Positions 55,855-64,000 of a stretch of DNA of 64,000 nt are shown here, piece by piece (position 1 is the first letter of the stretch; the number at the start of each line of letters is the position of its first letter). The stretch comes from Octopus vulgaris (lineage: Eukaryota). Position numbers and translations under genes: made by a program. The stretch lies in assembly GCA_951406725.2 (NCBI GenBank), contig OX597820.1, forward strand, positions 76,632,001 through 76,696,000, given 5' to 3'. The notes beneath the pieces are model-generated. The model did no database searches, was not told the origin of the DNA, and saw nothing but the letters and a program-made list of their open reading frames with translations.

Positions 55855-56174
55855 GGAGCACTCCGTCGGTTACGACGACGAGGGTCCCAACTGATATGAT
55901 CAACGGAATAGCTTGCTTGTGAAATTAACGTGCAAGTGGCAGAGCACTCTACAGAAACGTGTACCCTTAACGTAGTTCTCAGGAAGATTCAGCGTCACGC
56001 AGAGTGTGACAAGGCTGGCTTTCCGAGATGCACTTATTACGCATTTTTACTGAGTGGATTGGAGCAACGTGAAATAAAGTGTCTTGCTCAAGGAAAGAAC
56101 GCGTTGCTGGGAATTGCTTTCACGACCTTACGATCGTGAGTGGAATGCTCCAACCACTAAGTCATGCGCCTTCA
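55855..56174 (-). mobile_element. Nin-like SINE
   Basis: Minus-strand head ggcgcatgacttagtggttggag; core cttgagcaagacactttatttcacgttgctcca. Confidence 0.85.
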
Positions 56175-56176
56175 CG

Positions 56177-56247
<71 letters not shown>

Positions 56248-56545
56248 GTACTACCGAACTGATGAGAGCTGACTCTGTATAGTCAGGAGATCTGCATGCT
56301 TTTATTAATGTAGTCACCGTGGATTTCGAAATCCATATTGGAAGACAGTTATTTAAAGGCTACGTTTCGTGTGAATCCCTCATGAACCACAAATATGATG
56401 ACCACCGTCTTATTTGGGGCTGATGAGAGATCCAAAATAACAACAGACATTAATTCATTGTCTACAGATACGGAGTTCGAAACCTAAGAAACTCTTAACT
56501 GAAAATAGACTATACTAGACTATACTACTACTAATAATAATAATA

Positions 56546-56634
<89 letters not shown>

Positions 56635-57239
56635 TATATGTGTGTGTGATTCTGTGCGTGTTACTTTGTGTGTGTGTATGTGTGTGTATACACAACCCAT
56701 GTATATATCGTCATATTTGTCTTCGTTGTAGGTGTTCTCATCAAAGAGGTGGCCATGCCCACTTCTCTTCGACATTTTCTGATATGGATCCTGAAGAGAT
56801 TGTGTAGTACTAAATTTGTTTGAAGTATTTGGCGTCATTATTATCAGAATATTCTATTTATAAACCGAACATATTTTGCGACGTAATCTATAAAATTTCG
56901 CTAGGGACGTAAGAAATGGCTTTCCAGAATGCCATTTATCTAACATGAAAACATTTATTTCCATTCGAAGGTGAAACTAAACCGTCATTTATATATTCAT
57001 ACTAGAAATGGATCTTGATAGTTTTGCTTATTACAACAAACAATGTGACTATATGTACATTCGACTTTGCAACATCCAAATTGTTGCGTAATCTTGATAA
57101 AGCAGTCTTAGACAGAGCTACCTCCTAGCTTCGATTGTCGGTTTCTTTTAAGAGTGTCTATGGAAACATTAAGATAAATTAACTAAAATGAAGACAGTAA
57201 TACCTGTGAATTATCTTTTGCCTTTTTTGTTTTTTGTCC

Positions 57240-57645
57240 TCTATTTGTTTCAGTCATTATATTCCAGCCATGAATATGAAAATGTTAGTCTAATGTGTAG
57301 ACCACAGTCCTTTTTCTTAAAGCGTGATACATATTTTATCGGTCAGTTTTGCCGAACCACTAACTTACGCGGACGTAGACACACCAGCACCAGTTATCAA
57401 GTGGGGTGTGGGAGGAGGAAACACAGACACAAAGGTGCACACCCTCACACACAGGTACACACACACACACATATACATATATACGATGGACTTCTGTTTT
57501 TGTCTACCAGATCCACTCACGAGGGTTTGGTCAGGCCGTGGCTAAAGTAAGCAACATTCACCCATGGTGCCACGCAGTGGGACTGAACGCCGAACTAGGT
57601 GGTTAGGAAGCAAGCTTCTTACCAGAAAGCTTCCCCTGTGCCTAA
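57240..57645 (-). mobile_element. CORE-like SINE
   Basis: Family tail, body and head recognisable. Confidence 0.8.
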
Positions 57646-58781
57646 ATTCAGCTGCTGTTTCTATCATTTCAAATAAATGTGCTGGCTGAAATCACGTTTT
57701 GATCGTGGATTATTGTTATTAATTTGTCAAATACCCTAAAGAAAGAGCTATATTTTCGTTATTTATTCTCTGAATATTTAATTTTCCGATGGAAAAATAT
57801 TCTCCATCACACACTCTGCAAACAATAAACTGAATATCACGAACGTTATAAATCTCAACAGTCTTTCTAAATATTTTGCCTCCAGGGCAAACAGCTAATT
57901 AAAGACACCAGCGATTAAATAAGAAATTATTAAAGAAATATTTACAGCATGTGGTTGTGCTACAATATGTGATGTTACTTCAAAGCGATAAGGTTTCAAA
58001 ATATCTTTATATATGAAAATTTAACAATGAGGTCGAGCACGGTTGTATTATAATTAGAAATGTTGTATATATATATATATAGCATAGAAAATATGAAAAT
58101 ATTTGCGTTTACTATAAACGATTTCAGTTGTAAAAAGAAATAAGTCCTTAAGAGATTTCAGTTTGCTGCCGATATTAAAACATGCAGGTGATCGTGAAAT
58201 ATCATGTAAACGGATTAAATTCACATTATGTTTAAGAATATCCGAATGGTAAAGGATTAGGGTGGCGCAGTATAACAAAGAAAATATAAACGGACGATGA
58301 AAGAAGTCTTCCTTGGAATCCTGCAACATTACCAAAAAATTTTTAAAACGCTGTGACATCTAATGAGGGTTTACTGAAAGTCTAAAAGGACCTAATAACC
58401 ACGCGATATTAAAGTTTCTTGTATGTAAATTAATCTTTGAGCGTGTTTCTGAAAAAGCTTCCACTGCTTTCGTGATGGGTACGTATACGTATGCGATTTC
58501 TGTAACATTACTTCCATTGAGCTTTTCAATGAAATTTATATTTAATATATTCTATGTAATTAATTTTCAGCTACTCACGGCATTATAACATTATGTATAT
58601 ACTGCATTTAATCAGTTCTTATTCATAAAGGTCCACTTATTCGCAACCGGTACTTTACACTACACACACACACACACACTTATGTGTATGTGTTTGTGTA
58701 TATGTGAGTAGCTAGACAAGTAGGTAGATATCTAGATAGATAGATACACATATATATGTACGTATTCATAATCTGTATATT

Positions 58782-58815
<34 letters not shown>

Positions 58816-58924
58816 CATATATAAATATATATATATAAACATATATAAACATACACACATACATACACACATATATACACATACACACATGCGTATATAT
58901 ATATATATATATACATATATATAT

Positions 58925-58979
<55 letters not shown>

Positions 58980-59984
58980 TAGATAGATTGTGGACGCCCA
59001 CAATATTTTACTCTTAATTTTATAATTACGTAAAGATTTTCCTTGATTACACCATTTCTGTATGTGTGCGTATCATCGTCATTAATTAATATTTTCCCTC
59101 ACCCACTGAGCCGGCACATACACGTTCAATCCATCATCAACACCGCCATAACTAACTGATACATTGCCGTTAGACTCGCTGTCATCGGATACTCCATCTA
59201 TAGCAAATACCCCCACCGCCATCTTTTGCGAAAACCATGTCACATTCACATTTTATAGCTCTACATTTTCATGTTCTAAATCTTCATATCTCCTGCCATT
59301 TGTATTTTTCTATGTATGACGTTTTAAGACTGCGGTGGTCGATTTTAATCCGAGTTCTCTTTTTCGATATTCAACTTTCAATCTTGTCCTTATGGGTGGC
59401 CCTAATGAAGAATGATGTATAAGATAAACATAAAAGCAAGAATATTGCACTGCCAATACAAATCTTAATGAAGCTGGTATAATACTATGCTAGTAAAACG
59501 AAATATTGTGTACTGCTCAGCTATTAATATACACGTAGCAATTGCTGCATGGCATGTATTTAATATGTAAATTGATCTATCCATCCGTGTTACATCCTCC
59601 AAACTAGGGAATATCTGAGTAATGTATTCGTGGATATGTGAGATTTTACATATAGTGCTGATGAAAGAGCAATAACTCTTGAAATATGAATATACACTTA
59701 TTATTATTTTTTATCTTGATTGCATATTTTATATAAACATATTCGTTTACGAAACGTCGCAACTTGCAGTGGTGGCTCCGAATTCTATAGAAAATATTTA
59801 ACGATGCGCTTAAAAGTAACGTGTGAGTGTGTACACGCGCGCTTGCGTGTGCTTGTGTATGTGGGGGGGTGTTTATGTGTGTGTGCAGTTTGTCCCCCAA
59901 AGTGCATATAAGCAGTGAATTATTATAAAGTTATTGTTTATTAAATTGCATCGCTTTTTTCAAAATTCATTAGAATCTTGCTTT

Positions 59985-60192
59985 TTCGGCGATCTTTGAA
60001 AGCGATCTCTCGTTTGTGCCTTCGAGGCGATCTTCCGTTTGCACCTTTGTGTCAACCTCTCGTTCGCGCCTTCGAAGCGATCTTTCGTTTGCGCCTTCGA
60101 GGCGATCTCACGTTTGCACCTTCGAGGCAATTTTTCGTTTGCGTATTCCAAGCGATCTATCGTTTTGTCTCATAAAACGAAAGATCGCCGAA
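59985..60192. repeat. CpG-rich 25-bp tandem array bounded by 13-bp perfect inverted repeats
   Basis: Unit ~gcgatctttcgtttgcgccttcgag, about 7 copies; TTCGGCGATCTTT at 59985-59997 and AAAGATCGCCGAA at 60180-60192. Confidence 0.85.
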
Positions 60193-60249
60193 TCCCCTAA
60201 CAGAATGAACATATGACCTCCTTGTTTTCAACCCCTTCTACTTTAGGCA

Positions 60250-61060
60250 TTGTCAATAAAGCGAAGTAATAACCGGCAAATATCAATAAATATTTTGTTC
60301 GGTTTTTAAATGGCTAATCTCAATTCTACGACCGTTGCCATTTTTGCACAGTGAACTTTCTGTAAGTTCATAAAAAAAACGTAATAGTGTGAGACCTGGT
60401 GAACGCGGACGGTATTGATCATCATTTTCCAATATAGCTGTTTGACAATATCTCATTAAGATGGTCCTTAATTAACAAACCTATGGCAGTGAGATGCAGT
60501 CCCACTTTGCCAGAAATAAAACTCGATATCTTCAATGACCTTTTCAATAATTAACATGAAAGATTGCTGCAGCAAGATAAAGTAAATGGGATCGGTCATA
60601 TCACTATCAAAAAGCAAATGCTCTAATTAATTCATATGATGTCCCTCCATTATATGCGGATCCTCAGGTCGCTAGTTGGTACGCTTGTGTCGATTATTTA
60701 AGCTATTTAATTGAAATATAGCATTATTACTTGAAACTATTTTTGTTGAAAACTATGCATCATCTAACATTTTGCCAAGTACCACACGAAAAACTCCACT
60801 CACCGAGAGTTTAAACTGTTTTGGAATATATTTTCAAATGAGGGCGCTTCCAAATTCGACGGACGTTTGATTTTGAATTTCTGTGAATCGACTCGCTTAA
60901 CACATTGGGGTCGACGATGTTTGCGGTTTTACTGAACGGTCTCGTGGATATTTTGAACAGTTCCATCGGGTTCAAACGTATCTCTAATTTGACTATGTTT
61001 TTCAAAATTTCCGTAGTATTTTCGTATAAATTTCCTTTCTTCAAAGCTTCATCTGGCAAA
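60250..61060 (-). mobile_element. Decayed Tc1/mariner transposase with DUF4817-like HTH
   Basis: IRDTFEPDGTVQNIH; EFFVWYLAKC; KIVSSNNAIFQLNSLNNRH..PEDPH (cf. WSDEATFKLNG..NRHN..ENPH); FYFWQSGTASH (cf. QQDGAPPH). Confidence 0.85.
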
Positions 61061-61140
61061 CTTCTTGATTTCTAATGTGTCTACTCTAGAATAACATGAG
61101 AATTAAGTGATTTTATCAGCTTTTAAAATGTGTAGACATT

Positions 61141-61194
61141 TATTAGGGTAACCTGATTATGTCTGTATATTAGGGTAACCTGATTATGTGTGTA
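61141..61194. repeat. 27-bp tandem duplication
   Basis: tattagggtaacctgattatgt(c/g)tgta twice. Confidence 0.9.
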
Positions 61195-61305
61195 TATATG
61201 TGTGTATATATATATGTGTGTATATGAATATGTATGTGTATATCTCTACGTGCATGTATATATATATATATATATATTTGCAGACTCTGTGATACACACA
61301 CACAA

Positions 61306-61355
<50 letters not shown>

Positions 61356-61846
61356 AAGGAGAGAAAGAGAGAGAAAGAAGGACTATATGAACGATCTCTG
61401 TCTACCTATATTTCTATTTCCTTATTCCTGATCATTTCATGTCTGATAACGAATTAAATTTGTTTCAATAATTTGATAAAACTAGTCTTTTTACGCGTGC
61501 TGATACATTGAAGCAGCTGCTCTTATAGAAATACACACTTAGATGAGATAATATCCGATGTACAGCTGAGAACATTAATACTAAAGCGAATAAATCTGTC
61601 TAGCACTTGTTTCATTTTACACTGTAACGAAAAACAATTTCCTTTCTTTTGTTCTGAAAATAGAAAATTAAGCGAAATACCTTTTAAATATCCATTTCGA
61701 TTAATAGGTTTATTGGATGTCACATATACCTTTCTATTCTGTGTAACATATGGAGTATGGCCAAGATAACAATATATTTCTTTCACCAAATTACAATATA
61801 TGTGAATATATATCTATGTATATATAGATACATACATACACATATA

Positions 61847-61883
<37 letters not shown>

Positions 61884-62269
61884 TGTTGAGTAGTGTAATC
61901 AACTTAAATGATATCAGCAAATGGCTTATGATTATTTTATCGTCTGTAGAAACTTAAGATATAGCGTATAAAGCGTCCGAACGGGATTTGAAGGAGATGA
62001 AATAATGGCCGAGATTTACATTATACATAGGTATATAACTACTTTAGTACATAAATATAAATACATACCAACGTAGTACCTAAGTACATACATACATATA
62101 TACACCTTTACACAAAAATTCAAATACCTATATATGTATACATATATAAGTGTGTGCGTATATATACATACGTATGTATGTTTATGTATATATATATATA
62201 TGTATATATATACATCCATATATATACATATATATATATACATATATATATATATACATATATATATAC

Positions 62270-62342
<73 letters not shown>

Positions 62343-62883
62343 TGCGTGTGTAGACTGATAGATAGTTCAGTAAAACGCCATCAGTAACTACCGCAGGATC
62401 AGGTGAAGGGTGTCATCGGAATTTCTCAGCTTGATCTTTGCACACAGCTGGTGAAAGGCTGATGACCGTTTTTCACAACATCTGCATGTAATCGTGCAGT
62501 GTCCTTTCACAACAAAACAGCCCTTTTTAGGATGACACTGGCTTTCTCCTATGGAGGAGGGACTGAGATGGTGCGAACTAAAAAGTGATTACTCGCATTG
62601 CTCCTTGTTATTACGTGCAAAAGAATGGCATCCAAAACTGCTCCATAAGATTAAGCAAATCGAAAAATCAACCACAGAAAAACAGCCATATATATGGTGG
62701 TTGTCTGCTCCTTATGCAGATGCCAAACACCACCTGTACCTACACCTCAGATCCATCGTAGCGTCTGATGTGGTTTTTTAGAACCAGACGATGCCTTGAA
62801 AAGACACAAATTGATTTTATCTGATTGGACCACCAAGATCTGTGGTTAAATTCTGTTCTTTGTGAATCTCAAAATGTCTGTTT

Positions 62884-62920
<37 letters not shown>

Positions 62921-62926
<6 letters not shown>

Positions 62927-63112
62927 ATCCAAACGTGAAAACACAAAGAGAAAACACAACAACGCGAGGACGTGGAACAAATATAGTATTATTGGACGCT
63001 CAGGAAGGAATGTTTCGAGCGGAGCTCTTTGTCAGAAACATAGGAAACGGAAAGGTCCAGAGAAGGGAAGACGGAGGAAAACAAATCGCCAACGGTACAC
63101 ACGCGGTCACAG
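62921..63112 (-). mobile_element. Penelope-like terminal fragment with decayed hammerhead motif (63009-63038)
   Basis: UUU-CUGACAAA-GAGC-ucc-GCUC-GAAA-CA-UU; abuts (TA)n. Confidence 0.55.
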
Positions 63113-63359
63113 TCATGTTGTGTGTGGAGTTAATGAATAAATTATATATAAATTCCACACACAACATGGAGAAAAAAATTATTCTTAAGAAAATACGTAA
63201 GTAAAATAACTTTCAGTTTATGATTAGCGAAACCAGTCGACAACCATAATGTAAAGTATATTTTGAAGATATATTAAAACTATGTAAGGTGTGTCCATTT
63301 TCCTTCTTTAGTTTCTTATATACACACACAGACACATATATATATATATATACACACAT

Positions 63360-63400
<41 letters not shown>

Positions 63401-63431
63401 TATGTATCTATATATGTATGTATATATATAG

Positions 63432-63600
63432 TTGGAATTTATAAAAAAAAGCTAAACAAAACGGAAGACAAAACGGGTGTGTAATCAACAAACATATATG
63501 TATTAGTATAACGCTCGGAAAGTAAGAAAGTCTTGTACGTTTCGAGCCTAGACTCTTCAACAGAAAGGAAAGCAGAAATAAGCAGAGAGAAAAGAAAGTA
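63432..63600 (-). mobile_element. Penelope-like terminal fragment with hammerhead-like motif (63532-63567)
   Basis: CUUU-CUGUUGAA-GAGU-cuag-GCUC-GAAA-CG-UA-CAAG; flanked by TA-rich repeats. Confidence 0.65.
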
Positions 63601-63641
63601 TATATATACATACATACATTCATACATACATACACACACAT

Positions 63642-63748
<107 letters not shown>

Positions 63749-64000
63749 TATTTATATATATATACACATATACACACACATATACATGCATATGCACGTT
63801 TATATATTCACATGTATCTGTGCTTGCGTGTTTGTGTGTATGAGTGTATTTTTATCCATACTGCACAGTGCATCTGCTGTCTTGCTTTGCGCTTGGATAG
63901 CATCCCGGTTCTTTCCCAGGTGGACTGCTTGCTGGACGTGTATTCAACCTTTACTTGTTTTTGTTAATCTTTTTCTCTGTAAGGTAACATGCAATTTCTT

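Noticed and set aside
59985-60192. CRISPR-like array
   Set aside because: Units are contiguous with no unique spacers, there are no cas genes, and the context is eukaryotic
60804-61059. Minus-strand host exon ending at a GTGAGT donor
   Set aside because: Explained as a frameshifted Tc1/mariner transposase remnant

Overview
AT-rich, repeat-dense eukaryotic DNA. The SINE families and microsatellite load are typical of an Octopus (coleoid cephalopod) genome; this is inferred from repeat recognition. No intact host protein-coding gene could be recognised. Almost all listed ORFs are microsatellite read-through or fragments of transposable elements. The window holds dozens of tRNA-derived SINEs (Meta-like, CORE-like with an internal microsatellite, Nin-like and tRNA-Arg-headed). 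It also has four copies of a CR1/L2-group LINE of different ages, a nest of R4/Dong retrotransposons in (TAA)n repeats, RTE remnants, three Tc1/mariner remnants and several MITE-like hairpins. The most notable signal is a set of short Penelope-like terminal fragments lodged in (TA)n tracts that carry minimal hammerhead-ribozyme motifs with non-canonical cores, including an inverted pair at 3316-3746. Other items worth checking are a near-perfect 125-bp duplication with a 9-bp target-site duplication (TSD), SINE multimers inserted as single units, candidate recursive splice sites, and a few splice-defined candidate exons. Coordinates of decayed elements are approximate.
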